This document shows, in pieces, positions 51,166 to 64,000 of a DNA stretch of 64,000 nucleotides; the stretch's first letter is position 1; each line of letters opens with the position of its first letter. Location: contig NC_045697.1 of the NCBI RefSeq assembly GCF_009834535.1, positions 29,390,001 through 29,454,000 on the forward strand, in the 5' to 3' direction. The translations under genes and the position numbers were made by a program. Source of the DNA: Camelus ferus. Taxonomy: Eukaryota. Below the pieces are notes generated by a model, which saw only the letters and a list, made by a program, of their open reading frames with translations, made no database searches and was not told the DNA's origin.

Positions 51166-54100
51166 TCCAACTGCATGTATCAGAGCCTGTTTCTAATTTT
51201 ATGAAGCTTATGCTCTGACCTAAGTACTAAGGAGGCAGAATCACTAGGGCCTGACCACTGCCTGCATGTGGGGGCTGGGAGGATCCCCAAGTTGTTAACT
51301 ATGCAGAGCCATTAACCACAGGGGACTAAGAGCAAAGGTGACCCGGCCGTAAGTAAGTGAGTAGGTGCAACACACACAACTATCTGTGGCCTCAAGGTTT
51401 GCAGCAAGGAGCAAAGCTTCTTTCATGAGGCAGCTCAGTTCACTGGAGTTCAGACAGAAGCTTATAGATCTAGGAATGACTGGTGCCCTCTTACCCTTGC
51501 CCCGAGCCCCATTCCAGTTCTGTCCAAAGGCAGAGGGGGTGGGAGGGCTGCTGAGGGGCTCGGGCCAGAGAGAACTGGACACTTTCAATCTGAACTAAGT
51601 ATCTATTTCACAAATTTGGTAATCAAAAAAACGATACTGGTGCCTCTACCGTTGCTGTATGTAAAATTCCTGCAAACCTATCCCATAGGCTGTCGTTCCC
51701 TACTGAGTCTCCTGGGACCGAGTTTCAGTGCCCTCAGAAACACTTGGTTCCACTGGGCTAAAGACTGAGACTTAGATTTTTCTGGCTTCATTTCCAATAA
51801 ATTTATACTTAGGAGTTCTTTAGAAGCACTCGGTGAGTAGAAATGAATCACAGGAACTGACTCAATCATTGGATTCATCATGAAGCCAAAAACCTCAGGC
51901 GATTACATTTAAGTGAAAGAGTTCAAGGTGACAATTTGTGTATGAAAGCAGTGGCCCATTTGCCTGCAACAACATAAGGCTTTTAGCGATTTATCAAACA
52001 CTTAATCATTTGTGGAATTACAACAGGCCAGCGACCAAGTGATGCTCTGGGTTTCAAGGGTTACGACTTTTCCTGCGCTCTAAGACACTAATCTGTGTTT
52101 GCACGGGTTGTGGGGCTACTCCTCCACCAACACTACTCTCCCCTCTGGTTTCGGAATGCTCCAAGTGCTCCCAAAGATCATGGGACTTTCCAGACTGACG
52201 AGACCCACTGGAGCCCAGCATGACAGAGCACCCCCAGGCTGCATCCAGAAAGGGCCAGTCGTCATCTGGCGTGGGATTCAGGGGGAGCACAAGTGGAAGC
52301 TGCTCAGGGATCATCATCAAAGTTTTTTGCTTCTCTTGACATGACAACCTGAAGCTCCCACACTTCACCAGCTGGTGCTGAAACAGGCTTATGAGAAACA
52401 CTGGATTATGCACTGAACCAGTTACCAAAACATACGACATGTTCCTCAGAAGAAACTGTTATTTTTATGTACCCACCAACAGGGACAGCACCACCAGGAA
52501 GGATCTGCTTGAAAATGCCCTCAACATATTCCTCTGAGAAACACTTTTCTTGGATAATGACTTTCAATGTCTTTCCTTAAAGGTTATTCTAAATTGAAAA
52601 TATTAGCAAGCATCCCAGCATGATTAACAGAAGACAAGGATGCTACTTCCAAAGAGATACAGCGAAACTACAATGTAAGTCAGCAGAATGGCCAACTAAA
52701 TCCTGATGCCCCTGCTTCTCAGGTGTCTCTATTAAAAAGAAATTAACTCTTGAGGTTAAGATAATTTTGGAGTGTAGGGAGAGAATTACTGTTCTCTCCC
52801 CAAAGACTTTTCTCCCTGAGGCAAGACAATATATACCCTAGATTAAACTTTTATCAGGAGATCTTGGAATTCCATCAATCTTTCACTGCCGCCTGGCTCA
52901 GAGGACCCTCTGACAAGACATCATCAGGAAGCTCTCCGTCCTCCCTGTGAGGCCCCACCTCCCTCCATCACTCCGAGGAAAAGAAACCGTGGCAAAGGGG
53001 AAATAGAGATGACTTTCAGATTAGCTCAAAAACCAAGAGGCTCACTATTTCTAAGTCCCTGTCACCTAAAACAGAACTGCCTCTATCACTGACAGCCCCC
53101 ACCACTTTAGAAAGGACGTCTCCCTGGCACAAGGGCTGTGGTGTCACCCACAGTGTGCGGTGGCTGAACAGACAGAAGAGCCACCCTCACTGGCTTGTTC
53201 AAAAAAAGCCGCTCTCTCCAGTGCCCCCCTCACAGCAGACACGCCCTCCACGCTGTCCCCTTTAGTCAGTGCTAACCCAGTGTAGAGGTCCCCCGGGAGA
53301 GGACAGGCAGGAGACAGGAACCACACCAGTGACTGGAACAGAGAGATCACATAAAGAGCTGTAACTACAAAACTCAAAAGGGAACAGGAAGAAGGTATCA
53401 TGGAGGCAGCAGCTGTTAAGACCAGGCTGTGACCAGGAGGGTTGAGAGAACAAAGGGCAGAGGTTGGAATTATTAAAGCATAAAAGCTTGGAGAAGCCCC
53501 GGGGAGCAAAACCTCTGACACTGAGGAGGGTGCTGCTAGATGGTGCCTCCAGACTTAAGGCAGGGGCCCCAAGGGCCAGGGACCCAGACCTTTAAAGAGG
53601 GCCCACCAGCCAGTGGTGCGGGTGGCTCTGAAGAAAGGGTGTGATAAATGGTCCTGCATTTCTGTGAGTGTTGGGAAGACTGGAAGGTGGGCTCAAAACT
53701 GATGCAGCAAGAGGAAGCTTTTCTAGGATGAAGCTCACAGACACAGGAAGCAAGTCCCTCCTTCCTCCTCCAGCCTGGCAGCCCCTTCTAGTTGGAGCCT
53801 AACAGTCAGCCAACTAGAGAAGCAGAAATGTGTTTGGCAGAGTCCCAGCTCCAGCCTCACAAAGCAGAGCAGAGAAGGGGGAGCTCAGAGCTGAGGGACA
53901 GCAGCTTAATAACTGGCCTAGGAAGCAATAGGTCACAGGCTGGAAACACTGAGGTGATTCGTTTTCAGACTGTGTCTGAGTTCTAGTGGTTTCACCTCTT
54001 CTCTTTTGATAGTTGGCCCATTTGGTAATTGTTGGCCCATTTCCCAGAATCCCTTGCAGCTGCATGTGGCCAACAGGATGTGACCAGAATGTGGGCATAA

Positions 54101-54933
54101 TGTGATATGTGCAAGCTCCAGGTTGCCTTCAACTTAGAGAGAAGTCCCTTGGCCGGTCAGACGAGGAAGACTCTGGAGGGACGGCAGAAGAGACACCTAG
54201 AAGGCATCTGAGTCCGGCTAACACAGAGCCCCCTCCACCTCACCCCCACTCCCCTGATGGCACAGCTTGCTGCAGACTCCTGCGGGAGGACTCATCTCCA
54301 GGATTTTAGCCCATGGACTTTTGAGGACTTGGTGTAGCAGCCTGGCCCGTGCTCTAGGAACAGCAGCAGGGCTGAGCAATGCTTACAGGCACCCTGGGTA
54401 ACATTGGCAGAACTGAGACACAGGTAGGAAAGGGGAGAGACAGTCAAAAGGGACTTGCCTTTTTCCCAACGACTTCCCACAGAACCCACAATGATTGCCC
54501 GATTATACTCTCAATGCATCACTATTCATAACGTTCTTTCTGTAAAGAACCAGGCCATATGGGGTCCTCCACTTTGGGTCCTGTGTTACTTTTTTCCTTT
54601 TCTTTTTTTTTTTTTTTTAAACAACCCACTAAAGATGGAAAAAACATTTTTAGCTTGGGGCTATAGTTTTCAATCTCTGCTTTTAATTCACACCTGTGGC
54701 TTTATCTTCTTAAGGAAAGGGACCAGGCCTTAGAGTGTAGAGTTCTCAGCCCCTCTGCTGACCCCAGATTATTTTAGACCATCCGTTATCTCTTGTCAGA
54801 ATTAACAGAGGAGCTCCTATTTGGACAGAGGTTAATTCCAGGAGGCTGTCTTTGCCTTGTTACAACTAGACGGGTCACCTAAGGTAAATTACACCCTTCT
54901 GTCCTCAGTTAATCTCGAAAATAAAGAGGTTGA

Positions 54934-55737
54934 CTCCTGGAAGAGAACATAGGCAAAACATTCTCTGACACAAGTCTCAGCAATGTTCTCCTAGGGCGGT
55001 CTACACAGGCAACAGAAATAAAAGCAAAACCAGACAAATGGAACCTAATTAACTTATAAGCTTTTGCACAATAAAGGAAACTACAAATAAAACAAAAAGA
55101 CAACCTATGGAGTGGGAGAAAATATTAACGATATGACCTAAACAAGACCTAAACAAATATTTCTCCAGTGAAAACATACAAAGGGCCAATAAGCACATGA
55201 AAAAATGCTCAATATCGCTAAATATCAGAGAAATGCAAATCAAAACTACAGTGAGGTTTCACCTCTACACTAGTCAGAATGGCCATCGTTAAAAAGCCCA
55301 TGATAAATGTTGGAGAGGGTGTGGAGAGAAGGCAGCCCTCCTACACTGTTGGTGGGAATGTAGTTTGGTGCAGCTATTATGGAGAACAGTATGGAGATTC
55401 TTTAAAAAACTAAAAATAGACTTACCATATGATCCAGCAATCCCCCTGTATCCAGAGGGAACTCTAATTCGAAAAGATACATGCATCCTAGTGTCCACAG
55501 CAGCACTATTTACAATAGCCAAGACATGAAACCTAAATTAAGAAGTTGTTGATAAAGAAGTTGTAGATAAAGAAGTTGTTTGTGTGTATGTGTGTAACTG
55601 GAAAAGGAATATATATTTATGTATAACTGAATCACTGTGCTGTACACCAGAAATTAACACAGTATTTTAAAACAACTATACTTCAATAAATAAATAAATA
55701 AAAGAAAAATTAATAAAATAAAATCCTGAAAAAAAAA
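54934..55737 (+). mobile_element. 5'-truncated, internally deleted L1 (ORF2 end, 3' UTR and A-tail)
   Basis: gaagagaacataggcaaaacattctctgac...gaaatgcaaatcaaaactaca...gctgtacaccagaaattaacac. Target-site duplication AAAATAAAGAGGTTGA (54918-54933) / AAAATAAAGAAGTTGA (55734-55749). Confidence 0.9.
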
Positions 55738-58509
55738 TAAAGAAGTTGAAAGAGACTGGTTACTAAACCACATTTTACATTTAAAAGCCTATAACTAATT
55801 AACCTTTGTGCTGCAATCAGGATGTTCCATGCATATCCCACCCTCATCTGTCCCAAAATTAAGCACTGTTTTCCAAAAGAAATCAAAACAAAACAACAAA
55901 ACAACACTAGTAGGGAAATGGGAACATGAACTATGTGTGGAAATAAACTTCTGCAACAACTTAACCAGGGACTATGTGAATAAAGCCAGTTGGGAATATC
56001 CCAAGAGAAGAGGTGAAAAAAATATTCAGGGTACTTGAGACAATGTATTATTTGGATAAAAGTTCCCTGAGATCTTAACCAGATAAAACAGTTAAGTCAA
56101 AGATCAACATTTGGAAATTTATAAATAATCTATTATATGGTAAGATTTTATTAAAAACTGCTCATCAAAAACAAAAAAGAGATGCATAAAACACCTTCTC
56201 AGAGAAGTTTTGCTTTATAAGCTCTAAGCACAAACACTATCACAGGTTCAACATTTAACCTGCACAGTAAAGTGTTTTTTAAAAACACAACATTGTAAAT
56301 CACCAATACTTCAGCTGAAAAAAGCACTGGAGCACAGTGGCTATGACGGCTGCTACCAATTACGAAGGAGTTTTATCTTCCTTATTAGAAGCCAGCTTCA
56401 CTTATAGTGGTTATTTACTAAAAGTAATTCCAATTTAAAGGCAAAAACAGCAACCTAGCGTTGCCACTAATTTAATGGGTTTGCTGACCAGAGCACCATT
56501 TCCCACAGTGTGTTCCATGCGACTGCATTTCCGTGAGGAGAAGGGTTGCAGCACACATCAGCACAGGAGAAGTTCCAGGAGGGTCCAGAGCAGAGGGGCC
56601 TGTTGCCCTGGGTTTAACCCACTCTCCCAGCTGACCCTAGAACCCTTTTTTTCTTTTACTCTCAAGGAAAGTCTATGAACATCTGACCTGATAAGTGCTC
56701 CATGGTACACTGACCTGGAAAATGCCACTTAGCAGGTCTGAAACCCTGTGACTATACCATCCACCCACTTTCCTTTCTCTTGGGAAACAGGTGGGATGAG
56801 CGGACTGTAGTGCCTGCTGGCAACGGACAGAAGGACCCGTGTGCCCCTTCCCATATCTGCCACAAGAGGCAAGGAAAGTGTCTGTTTAAAGTCTCCTTTG
56901 TTCAGACGTTGTGTCTGCTTGCTGTTGCTACCTCCTTAAAAGAATAAGGACAGTGCTGCTTCCCAGGGTCGAATGAGTAAACAGGAGAGCTGTGGCCAGA
57001 TTGGCAGGGCCCCTGAAGTTGTCTTGAAGTCCCCCATCCTTGGAGCGGCAGCCTGCAGTTCCTTAGAGACAAGGTGAGAGGTGGCACTGTGGTCATTTGC
57101 CCCAGTCCCTGGGGGCAAATGCCAGCTCTATAACCCAGGCCATTCTCACACATGAGGACGGAAGCACAGCAGGTCAAGCTGGACGTTCCCTGCAGCCACC
57201 CTGGATAGGAAATACAAGGCTCATGAAACCCCTTTCACCAATCCCCATCTCTGGGAGCCTTGACATTTATCTCACTGTGATCAAAAAGAGCCAAAGTACA
57301 GAATAGCCAAGAGAGAGGGAGGTAGCCCTCCCCTTGCCTGGCAGTAATGCAAATGGGCTCCAAGAAAAGCCCTAAAAAAGGCAGGCGTTACTCCAAGGAA
57401 CAAGACAAAAACTTCAGCCCAGTCCTGCAACCACCAACGCCCCACAAAGAACCAACATCGGATGTGACGGTGACTCCTTAGCCACTCATAATAAAAGGTT
57501 TCTGCAAATCAACCTGGGGGAGCAGTGGGGAGGGGGCACCCCAGCTGGATCGCCTCCTCTCAGAGTAAACTTATCCATAAGGAATTTCTTGAGAGCAAAG
57601 CAAATCCACTTGAAAGCCTTAAGAAAATGCTAAACCCTAAATAACTTTATAAATTCTGAAATTACACGGCTCAGTGAAGCACTCTGAATTTTAAGACAGA
57701 CTGCGCCCTTCAAGCCTCTGGTATACATACTTCTCATATTCATTTTAACCACATCAAGAAATCCCCTAAGAGATTCCATTTTCTCAGCAAGGGAAGTTAC
57801 AAAAGAGAATGCGAAATGGGCTCATTTTCGCAAGCAAAATGAAACACTTTTATGTTTTATTCATGCAAAGTGTAAAACCCCTTTCCTTTGCAGCATTACA
57901 AATTGAATTTGCTCTTGTAAATTGCTGTAAAAAAAAAAAAGAATCAAAAGCAAAAGGAAGTATTGAAAAAAAATAGCAGGAATACAAAGGCCCCTTCTTG
58001 CAAAGAATGAAAACTCAGAGGACCAATAGGGAGATATAGAACCTTTCACTGACAAACGTACTTTTTTATTTACTGCTTCCAAAAGCAATCCAGTTCAAGG
58101 GCCCCCAACCACTTTAGGAGCTTTCTGAGATCCTGACAGCTGATGCGGAACCCTGAGTGTATTTCTAAATTACATTTATCTGCTAACATTGAGTAAGAAT
58201 AAGAAGTGATTTTAAAAAACATGAGTAATCCAGCCCAGATTTCAAAAACACAGCCAAGGCAATGTAACCCTAATTTACACTGATGTCACTGGGGGAACAG
58301 AAGGTTGGTGGGGGGGCTCTCTCTGCTTTGTAGGACAACTGAACTTACAGTATCTGGAACAGTCTCTCACTCTCTGTTACCAAATGATAAACTGTCCTTG
58401 AAACCTCTCTGAGGTCTGACACCTTCTTTACCCCTCCCTTACCCCTCCCTGTCTTTGAAAGGAAGTCATGTACTTAGCTGTAACTGACAGTGGATGCTGC
58501 CTTAACAAA

Positions 58510-58660
58510 TTAAGAGCTAACATTCATTAAGCATCTTCCATGTCCTCCATCACTGTTGCAACTACTATACCCACATACAGGCACAGATGTACATATGCTT
58601 TGTGATCCTTATTATCATCCCCACTTCACAGATAAGAGAAACTGAGGCTCGGGGCTTGAA
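58510..58660. mobile_element. MIR SINE fragment
   Basis: ttattatcatccccacttcacagataagagaaactgaggctc. Confidence 0.65.
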
Positions 58661-60251
58661 TAATTTTATCAACTGGAGTTTGAATCATTTTTTTTTTCTC
58701 CCCGAACATGTAACATTTGGCCTTATAAAGAGTTGGGGTGAACTGAAAACCTTATCAATAAAATTCTCTCAAAAGCTAATCTTAAGAAAACACAACCTCC
58801 ATCCAGTTGTACATGTATATAATGATCTTCACCTTTGCTCCCGCCTTAAAAACAAACTTAGAGGACAGGAAGCAGAGAAGGATCAGGCATCTTATACTCT
58901 TCCATCAAGGCTAAATGTTTTTAATGATGCACAAACATCATCAGGTATTTTCCTCATAAAATTAATCAATTCATGCCAACGTATCAACTTCAAGTGAGTG
59001 ACAGGTGTGTACGAATAATTGACCCACCCATTCCCCCCAAAGCACCTGGTCCAGCTGTCACTGTTCATCACTGTTACAGAAGCTCAAAGACACAACTGTG
59101 CTCCCAGGAAGGTTTATCCAATCAACCATCAGAGGACACTTCAGCTCTCTCTTTTGCAGACATTTCTCACGTGTGGTCACAGCAAACATGCTTGTTCTTT
59201 GATGAATGCTTAACCATTTTCCTTTCAGGCTTAGGACTTGGAACTGAATCAAAAGACTGTCAAATGTGCTACTGCTCAGCCTTGGGAAGCTAAAGCAGAG
59301 CTCCCTGGAGGACCACACAACCCAATAAACCAGAACGCCCAGGAGAGCCATCTCTCTGTCGTCTGAGATTTTCACCAGCTTCTGCAGTGCTCTTGTGCAT
59401 TTTCAACAAAGCAATAAATAATGCTATAGCTCGCCCCTAAATGCTAGGAGATCCTTGGTACCTTGAGAATTGCTAAAGATTAACTACAATTCAAGAGTTA
59501 AATGCATTTCATGTAGCCCAATTATTTAATAATGGTACCTGAGTATGATGTCTGTGATAACTACCACTTTATTAGTTAGAATATGTACTTAAAACTCAGA
59601 ACTTCCTTGTTTCCAGTCATTCTGGAGAACAAAAAAATTCACAACACATCTAAGTAAGAAGCATTTGCTGGAAATAAATGTTCTGTAGAATTTCAGAAAA
59701 ACACACACTTGAATGGAATTTTGGTATGACTAGACATTTCAAATGTTAAAAAACTTCAGTCAACTCCAAACCCCAGAAGTTCCCGAGCATCATGATCTAA
59801 AGCTTGTGATTAAAGGCTGTGCAACCTCTCCCTTCCAACTGGCCCTCTACGAAGAAAATATCAACACCAGGGCATCTGAAATGGCTGAGACTCAACTTTA
59901 AAACAGATTGCAGAGAAGAGGGGAAAAAAAGAAAGGTGGGAGTTCAGGGAACTTGGGTGATTGGGAACTCAGGTGAATGAGGATGAGCAGGGAGAGAAAA
60001 GATGCAGAACCAGCGGCAGGATCCAGAGCTGACAAAAGGTCCGAGGTACAGAAACCAGGCATGGAAGTAGCTTGGAGGGTTTATGAGGCAGGGTACAGAG
60101 ATGTGCTTAATTTTTTACATTTCTGCAGAGAGTGTACTGTCAAGGTTCATATTCAATTTCTGCAGTAGTAGCGAGGCCACACCTGGGGGCAAAGCTAAAA
60201 CTGGGGCACCTGATGACGTGACACAGGACGGCGCCAGCCTGGGGCACTCAC

Positions 60252-60379
60252 CGGCCGTTGTCGCGGCCCACGCCCCACACACGGATGCTCACGATGGGCT
60301 GTGCGTGGAGCACGCTGCGGTCCATGGGGTCCACCAGGCTCAACGTGTCGTTCTCCAGGACCAGGTACATGTCCTTCCC
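60252..60379 (-). CDS. APBB2: APBB2 coding exon, PTB1 (GKDMYLVLENDTLSLVDPMDRSVLHAQPIVSIRVWGVGRDNG-R)
   Basis: Acceptor gcaccccag, donor CG|gtgagt. 128 nt, phase 0/2, in frame with both flanking exons. Confidence 0.97.
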
Positions 60380-61899
60380 CTGGGGTGCGACAAGAAGACA
60401 GGTTACCTTCTTCACAAAGCTACATGTCCTCGTCCTCAGGATGTTCCTGGCTATACCGGGACGTCATTTCAACCATTAAAAAGCCACCCCTGGGGTCTGT
60501 AACTTGTTTTCCTAAGAGAACAACAGCCCCTCCTGATTAAAATACTCATAAATCTTTCATCTTCCCCTCACGTGCTCAATTTCTCTCTCCTCCAGAGCCT
60601 CTGAAATGTGTCCCTAGCCTGCTTTCTAGTGGGCTCTTATTTTTAATTATTTACACTTTGAATCTTAACTCTAAGGAAAAAGGCTAATGGCGGGTTCCCT
60701 GGAGAATCTGGTCTCTTACTAACTCCAAATCTGTCATCCTCTCATAACCCCTCTCTCCCTACTCCTTCCGCTCTGGCCAGACCTACCAGGCAGCCCCTGC
60801 ACGGCCTTCCCAGGCTCACAATGTCTGTCTCTTCTCGGCTTTGTGACACTTCTCGGTACTACAACAGCTAATGTTCACATGACTTTACGGCATCTCAGAC
60901 TCACTGGGGCGTGGCCCCCAACGCAACTGTCACCTGATGACCCCACCCCTTTGCCAGGCAGCTGTTTTCCTGGCTAACAGACTCTGAAAGGCTTTGTTTT
61001 GACTGACATCACCTGATACATTAAACTTGCTTGGTAGGATATGACCCATAGCGAGGTCAAGTGCCCCCTCACTGAGCTGGGTGATGCATTTCCTTAGGAT
61101 TGATTCAGCTCACAAACCACAACTGGTCTTCACAAAGACAAGAGGGGCCATGTTCATCAGTTAACTCCACCGACAAACTTCGTGTTATTGGACAGAACCA
61201 GTGACAGTTTCCAGCTGGTGATCTGAAGTGAGAACGGCTGGCTGAGTGTGGAGTCTCCCTGAGTGAAAATGCATCGTGGCTTCTGCTGAGTTGATTGAGC
61301 ACGCTTATGTCTTCCCATATGCGCCCTTTCCGTTTTCCCATGAGCACTCAGCAACTCCTAGCTGACCACTGTAAAGGCTTGCCTGCTGATTTCATGTGAT
61401 TCTTATAGCAAATTTGGAACTTTTACTCATTACTTTCCTCTCTGAAACAATCTCAACTAACATTTCAAAGGGGAATTACTTTGTTCCCAGTGAGAAAGAC
61501 TATATAGTTATCAGTTCCATAACTCAGGAACGACATGGATTTTCAGACTGTAAATAAAGAAGAAAGGGGGAGGCGTGGGTCTTCCTCCCAGAAGGCAGCT
61601 TCTGGAGACTGGCAGACCCAACTCTGCATGGAGGCCTAGGGGGTTTCTGGGCCCTGAAGTCCGTCCGTGGCTCCCTGGGGACTTGGGATACCAGGGTAGA
61701 CTCTGTCACTGAGGCACTGAGAAATGCCCTTTCCCAGGGCCCGTCCTCCCCGGGACCACAGGTCATCACAGGTGCTCCGCGCCTACACTGCCTGCCTTCA
61801 CAGGAAAGTGCACCCCCCCACACCTTCAGTGCCCCCAGTACCACGTCTCACGGAACTCTGTGAACAGTCTGCCGTGAATTATTCCCACCCGTTACTTAC

Positions 61900-62046
61900 C
61901 TCTCCCCAGATGCCGACTGTGTCTCGGATGTCATTTTTGCAGTAGGAAAGCTGCCTGATGCAGTTGTTGACGGCAACGCTACTCTTGCCAGGGGCGAGGT
62001 CCTCCTCTGCCATCTCCACCCACCCCAGAGAGCGCACAGCAAAACA
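61900..62046 (-). CDS. APBB2: APBB2 coding exon, start of PTB1 ([49 protein letters not shown])
   Basis: Manual translation matches FE65-family PTB1. Acceptor ttttctcctag, donor GAG|gtaagt. 147 nt, phase 0/0. Confidence 0.97.
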
Positions 62047-64000
62047 CTAGGAGAAAAGCCAGAGAACAGGAGGTTAGTCTTGGCCACCGGTCAACTTACA
62101 CTAAAACCCTCTACAAAGTGTGCTGACTGTGCCCTCAATTACTACAAAATGTCCAATCATCTAATTTAGTAATTAGCCCTCGATTGTTGGAAAATGAAAT
62201 TGTGGCTATTTTTTGCTATTAAAAACGTGCTTTCATGAGAATTGGTCTCGGAGCTTGTCATTAGCACCAAATCCTGAAAAGCCTGCAGAGTGGACCAACC
62301 TGTGAGATACCTTAGCACACATGTTCCATTCATTCTTTTGTCATTTAGAGATACTGAGTTGAGATCATGCTCCTTATCCTCCTTTTAAAAGTTCAAGTAT
62401 TCATTTTTTTTAAAAAAATTAAGTATCATATGCGTATTGTAACAAGTGAAAAAATCCAAAATTGTACAAAGAAATTCATGGGACATGAGAGGGCGATCTG
62501 GCAACCACATCTGCCTAGCTGTTAATCTCCAGGGCTGCCAGGTGCCTGGAAGTGGGGTCTCTCATCGCAACCTGTGGTCCGGGGCCTCCCCAAGGCTGCA
62601 CATCAATTGAAGAGATCACCTTCCCCAGGACAGGAGAGGCAGACAAGGTGCCACACTTCTGTGGAGCCAGGAGGCTGGGTCTCAAATAGCATCTTCTAAA
62701 GTTTCCACAAGTGAACTTCATAAAAAGTGAAGAAATGCAGCAAACGGTCCCAAAGTGACCACATTCAACCTAATTCAACCTTCCACATCTCAGCCCCCAC
62801 ACCCAGACTAGGTGCCTCCTTCCTGAATTGCTAATCACACCTTCTGGGGGGGGGAACTACCAAAATACCAAAGACAACCTAGTTATGCTAACAGAACGTG
62901 GATCCTCCCATCCTGGGGGGAACAACAGAACCTCGGTAACTGCCTGGAGCGGAGCAGCTCCCGTGCGCCGATGGGCACATGATGCCCTTTACAAATAAGC
63001 CATGAAGAGAGGGTCATCCCTGCAGCAACTGCAGAAGCTAGGCAGGACCCTGCATCCCGGGGAAAGGTCCTGGGAGACACCCTCACATTTCAACTGCGCG
63101 TGTGCATCTGCTGCAGAGAAGCTGCTCAAAGGGAAGAGGATGTCCACAGGTACAACGGCTGCCCCCTCTGCAGTTCTGCTCCCTTAGCCCTGTGACCAAA
63201 CTGCTCCTCCGGGGGGACATGTCAGAAATGCCACCGGTGCACAGCACAGCACAACCGCACAGGCCTCCGCCCAGAAGCACTCATTTTCTGCTCCCTCCAG
63301 GGGGCACCGTGCAGCTAAGGAATCTCCCTTCCTTGCTGGTTCCCAGCATAGTCCCTAGTGGGTAAAATCACCATGCCACAACCTACCTTGACCTGCAATT
63401 TTGATCGTGTTACCCATCTTATAATGGGAAAATTCAACTTTTCCACCTTCACCAAATATGTGGAGGTTTTCCTCCATACCAGCAAACTCCCTTTATTTGA
63501 GAACATTTATTCTATCCTGACCCCGCTGGAAAGCAGAAAATAATCACAGCACATCTGTACCATCTGATACAGACAAGAAGGCATTGTTCAAATGTCCAAA
63601 GGCATGAATTCATTTACTTCTCACCTCAATCCTAAGAGCTCAATACTAAGTTACTGTACCCATTTTATAGATAACGAAAGTGAGTGAAGCACAGGGTTGA
63701 TAAGAGGTGGACCCAGGATTCAAACCCAAGCAGTCTGACCTCTGGGTCTGACCTCTCTTAACGACCCTACCATACGTCTGTGACCTCCTTGGGGGGACAG
63801 CATCCGATGGGGCCAGGCTCAAGAACACAGCCAGTGATGTCAATACAGTTTGAGTGTATGCAGCCCAAGAGCAGGGACAGCCTAAATTAAAGTCTTAGCC
63901 CTGACTTACAGGTACTGTGATCTTGGCCAAGTAACTAACAAAGTCTTAATTTTTTTTTTAATTTGCAAAAATGGAAATAACAGTTAACAGTTACCTCAGA

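Noticed and set aside
53280..54130. LTR-like sequence
   Set aside because: It is probably old ERVL/MaLR LTR debris, but I cannot set boundaries or a family reliably by eye.
60083..60502. 139-aa plus-strand ORF
   Set aside because: It is the antisense shadow of the APBB2 exon at 60252-60379.
1..64000. Several hundred 60-195 aa ORFs in the six-frame track
   Set aside because: Apart from those overlapping APBB2 exons or L1 ORF2 debris, they show no recognisable domains, overlap repeats or GC-rich stretches, and are what chance predicts in intron DNA.

Overview
This is mammalian genomic DNA. The L1 3' ends suggest a cetartiodactyl, possibly a camelid. The whole window lies inside the minus-strand gene APBB2 (FE65-like 1, an amyloid precursor protein-binding adaptor). 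Seven ordinary coding exons (62046-61900, 60379-60252, 9209-9095, 6551-6464, 5866-5783, 4120-4005, 2535-2356) splice in frame with GT-AG sites and encode most of PTB1, the linker and most of PTB2. The upstream exons and the last exon lie outside the window. The ~51 kb intron that splits PTB1 contains two elements the ORF track misses. One is a 6-nt microexon (AGAGAG, 17716-17711) with a branch point, polypyrimidine tract, UGC motif and downstream YCAY cluster typical of neural microexons. The other is a CpG-island internal promoter with splice donors (~29340-29800), which could make a PTB2-only isoform. There is also a TAGTAG tandem acceptor. The rest is intronic repeat (L1, L2, MIR, MaLR/ERV LTRs, hAT and Tigger elements), including a nested L1 cluster with target-site duplications, a probable 3' transduction and a probable twin-priming inversion. 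Nearly all ORFs in the track are spurious. I found no evidence of a new, previously undescribed biological system. Repeat subfamily names are from recognition and were not computed.
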